A stretch of DNA of 64,000 nucleotides from Trueperaceae bacterium. Lineage in GTDB: Bacteria > Deinococcota > Deinococci > Deinococcales > Trueperaceae. The position numbers and the translations under genes are program-made. The notes below the pieces were generated by a model. That model ran no database searches. It was not told the origin of the DNA and saw only the letters and a list, made by a program, of their open reading frames with translations. Location of the stretch: contig CBDCDZ010000004.1 in the NCBI GenBank assembly GCA_965215565.1, forward strand, positions 800,001-864,000, written 5' to 3'. Below are positions 28,912 through 39,854 of this stretch, piece by piece. Position 1 is the first letter of the stretch. Every line of letters begins with the position of its first letter.

Positions 28912-29790
28912 ATGCGGCCTCGCGCGGGTGCAAACCTCTACGGCAGGACCAGGGGCGTCATGCCACAAGGTAAGAAGCGTATGGATGCTGCAGAAGCGCA
29001 AGCAGCCCAGGATAAGGCGATTGCGAAGTGGCGTAAGACAGGCGATGGTCATGGTCAAAACTACGAACCGTGGCTCACCGTTAGAAGAGTGCCGTCGCAC
29101 GGCCGCGTCAGCCGGGTTCTTGGGCGAGTCACAGGCCGCGTGCACCACCTGATGAGCGACCTGGAGACGAACACGTTTTACGTCCTCGACGCTAGCGACA
29201 ACGTTCTCGACATCCGTGAGCAGTACCCCTTATTGCCGTTGGAGGAAACTCTCGAGATTGCAGAAGCCAACACCCTCAAGCATCCCAAACACCCCCGTTG
29301 GAAAGGACCAATTATCATGACGACTGATTTTCTAGTTACACGTGGCGGCGACCTCGGAGATTATCAGGAGGCGTGGTCCGTTAAGCCTTCGTCGGTGCTC
29401 AGTAACAAGCGAGCGCTCGAGAAACTTGAAATCGAAAGGCTGTTCTGGCAAGCTCGGTCAACACCTTGGTATCTGATTACAGAGCGTGAACTGCCCAAAG
29501 GACTGCTGCACAACCTGCGCTGGCTCGCCGCCGCGAGAGACCTGAGCGACTTCCACGTTCCTGCCGACAGGCTCGAGGGTGTACTAGACGAACTCTACCT
29601 CACAATCACTGTCTCCGACGAGCCGCTGGCTAGTTTGTGCAGCCAAATGGACGGGCGGCTCGGGTTACGTGCCGGGACGTCTCTGACAGCGGTGCGACAC
29701 GCTCTCGCGACGAAACGCTGGCACGTAGACCTCACGAAGGCGATTGACCCCGACCGGCCCTCACTGGGTCTCACCCGTATCGATGGATAA
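28912..29790 (+). CDS. tnsA: TnsA endonuclease
   Basis: GHGQNYEPWL, HHLMSDLE, DIREQYPLL, MTTDFL..SVKP, EKLEIER. Start may be 28960. Confidence 0.95.
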   Translation: MRPRAGANLYGRTRGVMPQGKKRMDAAEAQAAQDKAIAKWRKTGDGHGQNYEPWLTVRRVPSHGRVSRVLGRVTGRVHHLMSDLETNTFYVLDASDNVLDIREQYPLLPLEETLEIAEANTLKHPKHPRWKGPIIMTTDFLVTRGGDLGDYQEAWSVKPSSVLSNKRALEKLEIERLFWQARSTPWYLITERELPKGLLHNLRWLAAARDLSDFHVPADRLEGVLDELYLTITVSDEPLASLCSQMDGRLGLRAGTSLTAVRHALATKRWHVDLTKAIDPDRPSLGLTRIDG

Positions 29791-32116
29791 ACCCACTCTG
29801 TCGCCCTCGGTGAACGCCGGAACGAACGACCTTCCCGCAAAGCGCGATATCTTCGCGCTTAACGCCCTTTTCTATATCGTCGATCTCTCTCCCCCCGAAA
29901 AGGATAAGGAAAAGGAACACAAGTTCCAGCGTCTGCTCTGGGCAGTCCCGGATACCGAGCAACTGGTTATGATCGACGTGCCGACCACGAGCCCACCCTT
30001 CTGGATAACACGCAGCGCCCTGCTCTACGAACTCGACGAAGGCAACCTGGTGCTCCAAATGCAGGACCCGTTCGCGCCCCCATCTGTGCAGGAGGAGGAC
30101 CTCACGGAGAAAGAGCGCAACATCCGGGACCGCCGCTGGGCGCTTATCGAGCCACTCGTCACCGACGCGAAGCGCCGAATTTTCTATCCCGAGCACAGCG
30201 GGGCGCTCATCGCCGAGGCGAGTCGGGCGGGCAAAACCTGTCGCACCAACATGCACAAGTTCCTTCGCCTCTACTGGCAGGGCGGGCAGGTGCCAAACGC
30301 CCTCTTACCAGCATTTCACCGATGCGGTGGTCGGGGAAAGCCTAAGACGATTGACGAGGACAAACGAGGCCGACCGAGCAAATTGGCGTTGGTTGATGCG
30401 ACGCGCATCGGCATCAACATTACGAAGGAGCAAGCGGTAAAGTTGGTCGCAGGAGGGCGTAAGTTCATCGAAAAGATGGGTCTTTCGCAAAAGGCTGCCC
30501 ACCGCGAGACGATCCGCGTTTATTTTAGCGAGGGACTCGAGTGGCAAGACGGGAAGCTCGTCGCTATATTGCCAGAGGCGCACCTGCTGCCCACGTTCGA
30601 CCAGTTCATTTATCACTATGGAAAGGTGCGGTCCAACACGGACGCCGTGCGCATCCGTGTCGGGTCGAGGCGCTTCAACCTCCAACACCGGCCCGTGCTC
30701 GGTTCCTCAACAGATAACACGTTTGGTCCTGGTTCGGAGTACCAGGTTGACGCGACCGTCGGTGACCTTTACCTCCTGAGTAGGATTCTCAAGGGGCGCG
30801 TTATCGGGCGTCCTGTCATCTACCTCGTTATCGATAGCTTCTCTCGCATGGTCGTGGGCATCCATGTCGGTCTCGAGGGGCCGAGTTGGTTAGGTATGAT
30901 GCTCGCGCTCGAAAATGCCTTCACCGGCAAAGTGGATTTCTGCCGCCGCTTCGGGCGTGACATCACCGAGGACGAGTGGCCCTGTCATCACTTCCCCGAA
31001 ACCCTCTTAGGAGACCGCGGCGAGCTGATCAGCAAGCACGCGGATCAGCTTGTGAAAGCCTTCGGCATCCGCGTACCGAACACCGCGTCGTGGCGACCGG
31101 ACTGGAAACCCATCGTCGAGAGGAGCTTTCGGACGCTGAACGACGAGGTCATCGACTGGCAGCCCGGCGCGGTACATGAGGTGCGCGAGCGCGGCGAACC
31201 CGACTACCGGCTCGACGCGACCCTGACCCTCGAGGACTTCACCGAAATGCTGATCGTCCTTATCCTGCACTACAACCACAATCATTCCATCCAGGAGGAC
31301 ATGCTTCCCCTCGGGTTCCCCTACCCGGAGCACGGGAACCCGACGCCCATCGAGCTTTGGAACTGGGGCATCGAGCACCGGAGCGGATACCTGAGGATGG
31401 CGGACAGGACACGTGTACGCGCCAACCTCTTGCCCGCGAAGGAGGTCTCGGTGACGTCTCGCGGATTGAACTACCACGGCCAGCACTACGCGCCGCTCAG
31501 CCTCTTGGAGAATTACGGCGACGAGGACCCGGATGCGGCGCACTTCGAGAACTGGTTCCTGCGTAAGTTGGGGCGCAAGACCCGTAAGGTCGAACTCGCC
31601 GTCGATCCGCGTGACGTCTCTTTCGCCTATATCCGTCTCGAGCGTGGCCGCGTTCTCGTGCCCTGCGGCCTCCTGCGCGGCGACCGGCGCTTCGCCGGGA
31701 TGTCGTTCCAAGAGGTGATGGACGCGCGTGCTGTGAAAGCTATCAGCAACCAGGTGAATCAGACCGAAGTGCTCCGCGACTGGGCGGCGTTCCGCGCCGA
31801 GGTTGAGGCTATTGAAGAACGCGCCTGCAAGCAGCGGGACGACGCCTTGGGCAGCGCGAACACCCCTGCGAACGTCAAGAACATCCGCGAAACGCGCAGC
31901 GTCGAGCGGCGGGAGCTTCAGCGCGAAGGGGTCTGGTACTTGGGCGACGTCCCTCATACGGATGATGCCCCTGACGCAGCAGAAAACCCAGATCATCAAG
32001 CACCGTCGTCAGCGTCAGGCAGCGACGGTCAACAGGGCGGCTACGTCCCGCCGCCCTCGAACCTTGATTTGCTCACCGCCGCCAGAGCACGTAAGCAGGA
32101 AGAGGAGGCATCATGA
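29783..32116 (+). CDS. tnsB: TnsB DDE transposase
   Basis: GPGSEYQVDAT, GRPVIY..IDSFSR, LGDRGE, KPIVERSF; overlaps tnsA and tnsC. Confidence 0.95.
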   Translation: MDKPTLSPSVNAGTNDLPAKRDIFALNALFYIVDLSPPEKDKEKEHKFQRLLWAVPDTEQLVMIDVPTTSPPFWITRSALLYELDEGNLVLQMQDPFAPPSVQEEDLTEKERNIRDRRWALIEPLVTDAKRRIFYPEHSGALIAEASRAGKTCRTNMHKFLRLYWQGGQVPNALLPAFHRCGGRGKPKTIDEDKRGRPSKLALVDATRIGINITKEQAVKLVAGGRKFIEKMGLSQKAAHRETIRVYFSEGLEWQDGKLVAILPEAHLLPTFDQFIYHYGKVRSNTDAVRIRVGSRRFNLQHRPVLGSSTDNTFGPGSEYQVDATVGDLYLLSRILKGRVIGRPVIYLVIDSFSRMVVGIHVGLEGPSWLGMMLALENAFTGKVDFCRRFGRDITEDEWPCHHFPETLLGDRGELISKHADQLVKAFGIRVPNTASWRPDWKPIVERSFRTLNDEVIDWQPGAVHEVRERGEPDYRLDATLTLEDFTEMLIVLILHYNHNHSIQEDMLPLGFPYPEHGNPTPIELWNWGIEHRSGYLRMADRTRVRANLLPAKEVSVTSRGLNYHGQHYAPLSLLENYGDEDPDAAHFENWFLRKLGRKTRKVELAVDPRDVSFAYIRLERGRVLVPCGLLRGDRRFAGMSFQEVMDARAVKAISNQVNQTEVLRDWAAFRAEVEAIEERACKQRDDALGSANTPANVKNIRETRSVERRELQREGVWYLGDVPHTDDAPDAAENPDHQAPSSASGSDGQQGGYVPPPSNLDLLTAARARKQEEEAS

Positions 32117-34561
32117 ACGACAACTCAGGCGATTCACCCGAGCGCGACAGGTTACGCCAGCGCTTTCCAACCGCCGACTACCGCGAGCAGGCTGTCCGAA
32201 CCTACAACGGTAATCCTTTCATCGAAACCTTGCCAGCCATCCGTTCCGACGAGGATACCGCCGTCATGCTGATGCGCGACCTTGAATACTTCGATGAAGA
32301 CCGGGAACAACCCGTGGAGATACGTCAACATCTCCTCGCTCAGGTTCCGGGTTTCTACACGCCGCTGCCTGAGCCTCTCGAACTCGACGAGCGCCTGTCT
32401 CGGATGATCCGCATCGGCTACCTGGGCCGCAACCCCGTCGCGCCGAGCTTCCACACCAACTTTCGGAACGGCATTCATAACCTGTCGGTAGGGGTTGTGC
32501 GGCGCGTCCCGTGCACCGCTTGGACCTCGGCGACGGGCATGACGCTTATAGGTATCAGCGGCATCGGCAAATCAACGGCTCTCGAGGCGTCGCTCGACCT
32601 CTATCCTCAAGTGATACTCCACGATCAGTATCGTGGGCGTGTGCTGATGCGTAACCAGATCGTCTGGCTGAAATTGGAATGTCCCGGCGACAGCTCGATC
32701 AGAGGATTATGCATCAACTTCTTCAAAGCTGTTGACGAGCTGCTCGGTACAACGTACGCAAAAGAGTACGTGAAGTGGAACTCGACCGTAGAGACCCTCG
32801 TACCAGCTATGGCAACTGTGGCCTACCAGCACATCATCGGCGTCCTCGTCATCGACGAGGTGCAGAACCTCAGCGCCGCGAGTAGCGGTGGCAGAGATAA
32901 AATGCTGAACTTTTTTATCCAGCTTGTGAATACGATAGGGCTCCCTGTAGTGTTAGTAGGTACATACCGCGCGATGCCTATCCTAGGTAGACAGTTTCGA
33001 CAAGCCCGGCGCGGTGGGGGGCAGGGTGACTTTATTTGGGACCGCATGGCGTTCGGTCCGAAGTTTCGCCACTTCTGTGGTGACTTGTGGAAGTATCAGT
33101 ACGTCCGAAATCCTACACCGCTCACCGAACCTATGCTCGAAGCGCTGTACGACGAAAGCCAGGGGATCACCGACATCGTCGTCAAACTCTTCATCCTTGC
33201 GCAACACCGCGCTATGCGCACCGGGCGAGAGCGCCTAGAGCCGAACCTGATCGTTTCGGTCGCGATGGATAGCTTGCGGCTCGCACGCCCCATCATACAG
33301 GCGATCAAGCTCGGGGACAGAAGCGCCCTTGATAGACTAGGCTCTGTTGACATTCCCGAGGAATGGTTGTTAGAAAAGGGCATGAGCGACGTTAAACTAA
33401 CAGCTAAACAGTGGCGTAAAATCAGAGCGTTCCTAAATGAGAAGCCGCAAGTGTATGTAGGACAGGAGAAACAGTGCCGCAAGTTTATTGAAGGGGTGCT
33501 GTGGATATTGCGTTCAGGTGCACAGTGGCGACTTCTACCTCCTAAGTACGGAAACTGGAACAGTGTATACAAGCGTTTTGACAGGTGGAGCGAAAGGGGC
33601 ATTTGGGAAGCGATGTTCGAGCGCTTTGCCGATGACCCAGACCTGGAGAGCGTGATGATGGACGGCTCAGTGGTGCGGGCTCATGCGTGTTCGGCAGGTG
33701 CGCCACATAAAAAAGGGGTCAACAGATGCAAGACCTCGGCTATAGTCGGGGCGGGTTCAGCAGCAAGATACACGTCTTAGTCGACGGTTTGGGCAATCCG
33801 CTGCGGTTGTTACTCAGCGCTGGACAAAAACACGAAGCACCCTACGCCCAAGCCTTACTCGCAGACTATGAGGTCGCGTTCGTATTCGGTGATAAAGCCT
33901 ACGACGCTGACCCTATCCTTACAACTATTACTGAGATGGACGCGCAAGCAGTCATTCCACCTAAAAGCAACCGCAAAGAGCAACGCGACTACGACAAAGA
34001 ACTATACAAAGAGCGTCACCTCGTGGAGTGCTTTTTCAACAAGCTCAAGCAGTATAGGCGTTGCTTCTCAAGGTTCGACAAATTCGCAAGAAACTACCTC
34101 AGCTTTCTCCACTTCGCCTCTGCTCTCATCTGGTTACGGTGAAATGTCAACACAACCTAGATGATGTCCTACCTTTCAAGCTCGATGACCTTCTTCTAGC
34201 TCAGAAGAACGGATTTAACGAGACAAAAAGCCTAAAATTCCTGAAGGAGCTAAAGGACAAACCCGGTACGACGAAAGAGGATGAGGGTGTTGGTGCCCAA
34301 GCAGATGCGCCCCACGAACCATCGCCCTCCGAAACAGGGATGCCTCAAGCTACGCCTGAGCAAAGTGCTACCGAAGCGAACGGCGCTGGATCTGGAGCAC
34401 CTTCGGGAAAAAGGGTGAGTAACCAGTCACTAGTGGCGAGAGTGCTCGCCGGACGTAAGGATAAGCGGTCGGGACATAGCGTGCTTAAAACAGGCGGCGT
34501 CGTTCGCGACCTAGGTGCCGAGTTTCTACAACGCCATACGCAACAGCGCTACAGCAACTGA
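32113..34561 (+). pseudogene. tnsC: TnsC AAA+ ATPase interrupted by an IS5-family element
   Basis: GNPFIETLP, GISGIGKS, LVIDEVQNL; removing 33340-34159 restores ALDRL-DDVLPFKL in frame. Confidence 0.93.
33340..34157 (+). mobile_element. IS5-family (IS427-like) insertion sequence, 818 bp, copy 2
   Basis: IRs GGCTCTGTTGACATT / AATGTCAACACAACC, TA duplication, same two-ORF slippery-site layout; related but not identical to copy 1. Confidence 0.93.
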
Positions 34562-36477
34562 TGCTAGGTACGTTCCCAGAGCTTCTGCCCGACGAGCTTC
34601 TCTACAGTGGGTTTGCTAGGCACCAGGCTACGTTCGGTTACTTAGTAGGGACGCTTAAAAAGAGTCTCTTCAGCACCGTAAACGTTACGGCCACGATTGA
34701 TCTACCTGGGCATCTCGGGGCGTTCGTGTCGCGGTTACCTTCGGCAGATGTGTACTCAGTGGACTACCTGATTCGCAACCACACCATGCTCCCTTACTAT
34801 GAGCCTTTCGTCCCTGCCTCTCGCGCTTCGCTAGCGCGAGAGGCTATGTGCAGCAACCGGATTCGAGGCGTGCATTTTTACCTCAACGCGACACATAGTA
34901 CGCTCCCTAACCCACCTTTTCTTCGGTTCTGCAAGCTGTGTGCCGAAGAAAACCAGCGTGCGTATGGCGTCGCCTACTGGCACCGGACTCATCAAGCGCC
35001 GGGCGTCCTGATGTGTCCCACTCATAAGACTGGACTCGTCAACAGTTCAATTGAGCGGAGTCTTCGCAAAGAGCGGGGGAGGTACTACATGCTGTCCAAC
35101 GAAGTCATGGCAGCCAGCAGCGCCATCTCCGTACCAGAAAGCGAAGAAAGACATCTTCTACAAATCGCCGCAAACACCTCGTTCACCTTAAATGAGAGCG
35201 CAGTCGTCGGAGATTTGCAAAGGTTGCACGAACGTTACCGCTACTTTTTGAACCTTCGAGGCTGGATCGGTAAGTCCGGGCGTATACAGGCACAGGGTCT
35301 GGAAGAAGCCTTCGTTGAGTTCTACAGCGAAGCGTTCCTGGAGGCTCTCAAAACACCTGTGCTCAACGCGGGAACAGGTGACTCTTGGGTCGCGCGTTTG
35401 TTCCAGCTACCGGACCGGGCACATCCGCCTTTGCGTCACTTTCTCGCTATGGGCTTCCTCGGTTACTCAGCAGCAGAGGTTTACACGGGACTCCGCGAGG
35501 TGGGCAAAGAAGACGCAGACTCGGAAGAAATCCCTTCGGGTATGAGGGGCGCAGTATACTCGTCACCTTGCCGCAATCCCTTCTGCGACCGCTATGACAA
35601 AGAGAAGGTGCGGGCGACTAACGCTCCTGAGGGTGCTCCTCGTAAGGTTACCGTTAAGTGCCCTGAGTGCGGCTTCGCTTATGATTTTGACGCCAACTGC
35701 CCGAGAATCTACGCCATCCGCAACGTCGGACCACGATGGGAAGCGCACGTACGTCAGATGATTGCCGAAGGCGACAGGACGAAGTGCCAGATAGCGGAAG
35801 CTGCTGAAATCAGTCCAGACACATTTGACCGAGTTCTGGCGAGGTCCAATGTTGCTACTCCAGATTGGGCGGGTCCTAACAAGGGCGTGCCCTGGTCGGA
35901 TGAGGCGCGGCAGTGACGGCTCGAAAGAAGACAACAGGATTGTCGCGCCGAGTTCCTAGAAATGCGAAAAGCTCACCCCACCTACGGACGCAATGCCCTT
36001 AGGCAAGCTATTCCGAACGCTTATGTGTGGCTGATAAGGCATGACCGTGCTTGGTACGAGGTTCACGCGCCATCAAAGAAATACGTGAATAGTAACAACT
36101 ATGATTGGGGCGCTATTGACGAGGAGTTTGCTAAGCGCGTGCCTAAAATTGTTGAAGAGTTGAGGATGGAGCCCGGCTTTCCGAGGAAAATAACGCGGGC
36201 TGCGATTCGGACCAAGCTCAATCCCACTATTTATGCTCACCGACCTCGAGAAAAGTTGCCCAAAACCTGGGCGGCGGCTACCGCCGCAAGGGAAAGTAGG
36301 GAGGAGTGGCACTCGAGAAGGTGCGCCTGGGTTGCCGACCAATACATCCTGGAGGGTGTTGTTCCTACGCTTCGAGAATTCGTAGAGCGTGCAGCTTTGA
36401 AGAACGTGAGGAGTGCACGACTCTTCTCGGATGTCGATGCATACCTCCGACTTATCAAGTTGAAGGTTGCCTCTTAA
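34561..36477 (+). pseudogene. tnsD: TniQ/TnsD target selector split by an in-frame TGA at 35914-35916
   Basis: FPELLPDELLYS, CKLC..YWHRTHQ..CPTH Zn finger, second CxxxxC..CPEC; the 35962-36477 ORF is in the same frame and has TnsD C-terminal motifs (YVWLIRHDRAW, DWGAID, PRKIT). Confidence 0.9.
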
Positions 36478-36510
36478 TTCATACCGAAGATACTCATGAA
36501 AGTGATAAAC

Positions 36511-36651
36511 TTGTATCGGACTTTATTGCATCAAGAGAGGGTCCAATCAGAGCTGGTAGGTGTTTTTGTATCGAACTTTTACTACAACTGGTGATCGAGA
36601 AAGGCCCGTTATATGCTTCCAATTTATATCGGACTTTATTCCCTTGCTACA
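36511..36651 (-). repeat. Tn7-like end with three spaced TnsB sites (left-end type)
   Basis: Sites at 36511, 36566 and 36624 (TTGTATCGGACTTTATT-like), ending GCTACA. Confidence 0.92.
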
Positions 36652-36726
36652 CTTCGGATTTGATGACGGGAGTCTTTGTTGAAGATTGTCAGTAGAACAT
36701 CATATATTGAGTAGGACTCCCGTCAG

Positions 36727-36759
36727 GTCGCACTAGCGGTGATTTACCGCTAGTGCGAC
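36727..36759. terminator. Perfect 14-bp stem hairpin (terminator-like)
   Basis: GTCGCACTAGCGGT-GATTT-ACCGCTAGTGCGAC followed by T-rich sequence; preceded by IR TGACGGGAGTC..GACTCCCGTCA (36664-36725). Confidence 0.55.
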
Positions 36760-36790
36760 TAAGTTTTGAGTTTCTTGGTAGGCTTGCTTC

Positions 36791-37812
36791 GTGAGACCAG
36801 CGTATAGAAATTAGTCAGTCATCACTTATACCTGCCCTTATCTCGATCGAGAGGTTACGGAAATTTGGGACGGTCTTACGCCTTGCATTTTCGTAAACTC
36901 ATATCTTCGCGATAAAAGTCAGCTCTCTTTATGGGAACCTAGTTCAGTTAAGACCAAAGCCTACCGTCTTCTTGCCTTTGTCCGATGGCTTGAGAACTCG
37001 GAACGCTCGTTCTGGGACCAAGATGCTCGACTTGGAGGCGAAGCCATATTAGCTTTTCGGGCAACGTTGCTCCAAAAAGTTAAGGCGAGAAATCGAAGTA
37101 CAACATCATCGCTCACTATGGTGACTGCGCGAGAAATTATGGGCGAGGTGCTTGGGCTCTGCAGGTACTGGAGGGGGTCAGGAGAGCGGATACGCGGTGA
37201 CGAATTGAAGGTTGGTGTCGAAGAAAGCCAAAAGAGCAAGCGCCCTGCCGCTTTTGAAATCAGGATTAGGAACCGGTCTGAGAAGGGAAAAGAATCGCTA
37301 CACCCTGAAGAGATTGACGCCGTCTGGGATTACTTTTTGATAGAGCGTCGGCTACCCCGCCGTTGCCCACCTGATGTGTCCAAGGAACGCTGGCAGACAC
37401 AGACCGCGTTGTGGGCACGTGAGTGCATGGTTTGGGCGCTGTTTATGTGTACCGGTTTGCGGCGGGGCGAAGCACCCGCGATAATGCTGGAGGACGTCAG
37501 GCATGAAGCGAAAGCAGGGTGGTGGGTACATCTAATCGATCCTAGAGAGACCCAGACAGTTGATGCGCGACGACAGAAGATTTTTGACGCTGGCGCTGCA
37601 CTGAAGACCGGCTCACGTGACATGATCGTGTGGTTTGAAGAGCGCTTCAACCAGGTCTATCAACGATGGGTTCAGTGGCGTCCGCTTCTCGTCGCGAAAA
37701 CGGGACGACCCGATCACGGAATGCTGCTTGTATCCGGTCAGGGGCGAGGTAGAAGTATTGGGGATCCATTCACTTATCAGGGTGCAAAGTCGATATTTGC
37801 AAGCATCAATAA
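36791..37812 (+). pseudogene. Tyrosine recombinase, C-terminally truncated by an IS
   Basis: TGLRRGEA box I and LKTG, but no HxxR/Y. The frame is open back to 36815, with a TAG at 36812 after a GTG at 36791. Confidence 0.75.
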
Positions 37813-38837
37813 TAGACCTGTTCCCCAATAGTCTCATTGAAGCCAGAAGTTCCATAGACCAGCAGCAATGACTAGCACATCATCTTCGAAGTCATCTTTA
37901 CGGTTGCGGTAAGGGGCAACGAGGATTTGATAGCGCTTGAGACCACCTATCGCATGTTCGATAAAGACTCTGAGCTTAGCTAGGGCGCGGTTTTCTCGCT
38001 TTTGTTCAGGGCTCAGTTGGGGGTTAGGGTTCTTCTTACTCTTGCGCGGTTTCTTGTGAGGGATAGAGATATGCTCGCCCTGATAGTCGCTCTGGACACC
38101 CTGGTAACCTAGGTCAAGTAGAACCTCTGTACCGACAAACCACGCTTGCTCAGGCGGGAACTCGCTTTTGAACATGGTCTAGTCGTGCGTTTTACCTGCA
38201 AAGGTCTGACCGACGAAAAGGATAGCTTTGCTCGCTGACGACAACAGCGTGTTCTTCAGAGTGTGGCGCTTTTTTTACCACTATAGTGCTCGCGCTGTTT
38301 CTCATCGTCGCTCGGACGCTGGCACAGACGCTCGGTGACATCAACGAGTAGCTGGTCTATATCGGCTTCTGCTAATGCCGCTTTGAACGCTTCAGCGTTA
38401 GCAAACTCGCGCTCAGGCAACACGCCTAGCTCCGCTAAGGTCTTGTGTAGCAAAGGCGTCAGCTTATGCACGTTCTCACAGGCTTTCGAACGCGCCATAT
38501 AGAACGGGCAAAGCCCGGCCCGTTGGGCCTAGTTCATCAAAGTGCGTCCCCAACACGTCAAACGTCGGGTAGTTCTTGAAGTAGTAAAGCACAAAAAACA
38601 GCTTCGCCTCAGCGCTAGGCAGCTTGCCTTTCTGTCCCCCGCCCGGCCTACGCTGCTTGCGTCCTTGTTCATAAGCCTGTTACCGCTCAGCCTGAGATAT
38701 CTTCGCAAACACTGCTGCCAAAGCAGCAAACTTCTCTTTCGACATCCCTATCAGCGCTTTGAGTTGCCGTTCATCTCTTACCTTCCCTAGCATCGCTTCA
38801 GCTTAGCAGCTTTTTCCTCTATTAGGGAACGGGTCTA
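37813..38837 (-). mobile_element. Degenerate IS5-family (ISL2-like, DDE_Tnp_4) insertion sequence
   Basis: IRs TAGACCTGTTCCCCAATAG / CTATTAGGGAACGGGTCTA; transposase fragments (YSGKK, DLGYQG, RVFIEHAIG) broken by a 37-bp insert and a TAG. Confidence 0.85.
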
Positions 38838-39800
38838 TTCACTTAACATGTACTTTTCGTGACCTAACACAAGGTGTCCAATCTCATGCGCAAGGGTGAA
38901 GCGGACACGTTCCAGTTGTTGTCTATCAGTTCGAAATATAGTGATACGGGGTGGAGTGAATGATAGCGAGCCGAGAGCATCGCCTCTATGCGAGAGATTT
39001 ATACCAGTCTCTACGATAAGACCTCGCTCTCGCTGCTGCCATTCGCAAATTTGGTATAAATCAACCATTCCATATCGGTAGCTTATTCGATGTAGAGACG
39101 AAGTAGCTAACTCCTCAATTTCCTCTTTCGGTCTGTACTTAACAACTCCTAGACTCTTCCTCTTAGGATTACCTAGCACTGCAATGTTACGAACGCTTAA
39201 ACTAGAATTACCGCCTAAAAATAGTTGCTCAAACATGTCATTGACAGAGTGGCTATAAGTTTCTCGAGCGACACAGCAGATATCAAAATATTTGCTGATA
39301 AAAGCTTCTTCACTAAGTGCTGACTGCAAGCTTAATGAAGTTTGGAGGTAGGAATGCGCAAAAGTTGAAGGTGGTCTAGGGAGAATGTACTTGAAATAGC
39401 GATTGTCAAACTTTCTCAATAAACCAAGACCATTCGATTTTGCATATTTTATGGCACCTTCTTGAAAAGCACTTTTAGAAGCAAATACTCCCTTAACATT
39501 CGCCCCAGAAACTTGCCGCACTTTCTCTCGAAACTCTTCGATATCATCTACAGGAATAGTACCTGAATAGTTCTTACATTCGATAAGCACAACAATAGAG
39601 TAGCTAGGCATACCAGGCAAGGTAATTTCAATAGAAACGTCGAATTTTATTTCCTTATCACGGTCTCTGGAATAATAACCTTTCTGGCGAAATATCTGAC
39701 AGAACTCTTTCCGAGCCCAAAATCTATCTTCCTCAATTTGAATACGAAAAAGCTGGTAGATTTCTTCTTCAAAGCCATCACCTTTTTCGAATGTGTTCAT
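38835..39800 (-). pseudogene. Restriction endonuclease-like (Mrr_cat) / ImmA-IrrE metallopeptidase fusion, 3' truncated at the IS end
   Basis: KGDGFEE, FDV..LIECKNY PD-(D/E)xK motif; RFTLAHEIGH; the stop codon lies in the IS terminus. Confidence 0.8.
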
Positions 39801-39854
39801 TACTTAACACTCAATATAGCGCTTAGCACGCCAACGTACAAACTGATAGCTCTT

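Larger units (their letters stand above)
10899..36651 (+). mobile_element. Tn7-like transposon, 25,753 bp
   Basis: Ends TGTAGCGAGGGAATAAAGTCCGATA and TATCGGACTTTATTCCCTTGCTACA; repeated TnsB sites at both ends; flanking direct repeat CTTCGGA; internal tnsABCD. Confidence 0.95.

Noticed and set aside
31007..31999. Long antisense or alternate-frame ORFs (e.g. 330 aa opposite tnsB, 61880-62770)
   Set aside because: Shadow ORFs of GC-rich genes with no recognisable motifs.
32113..33780. Natural novel TnsC-transposase fusion gene
   Set aside because: Explained by an IS insertion at TA; the native tnsC tail continues after 34159.
15313..34157. Composite transposon formed by the two IS5 copies
   Set aside because: Each copy independently interrupts a gene that rejoins in frame, and the copies are diverged, so these are separate insertions.
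35914..35916. Selenocysteine or programmed read-through in tnsD
   Set aside because: Not at a Cys motif and no evident SECIS hairpin; a nonsense mutation or sequencing error is simpler.
10899..36651. CRISPR-associated transposon (CAST)
   Set aside because: No cas5/6/7/8 or cas12k-like ORF and no repeat-spacer array found inside or beside the element.
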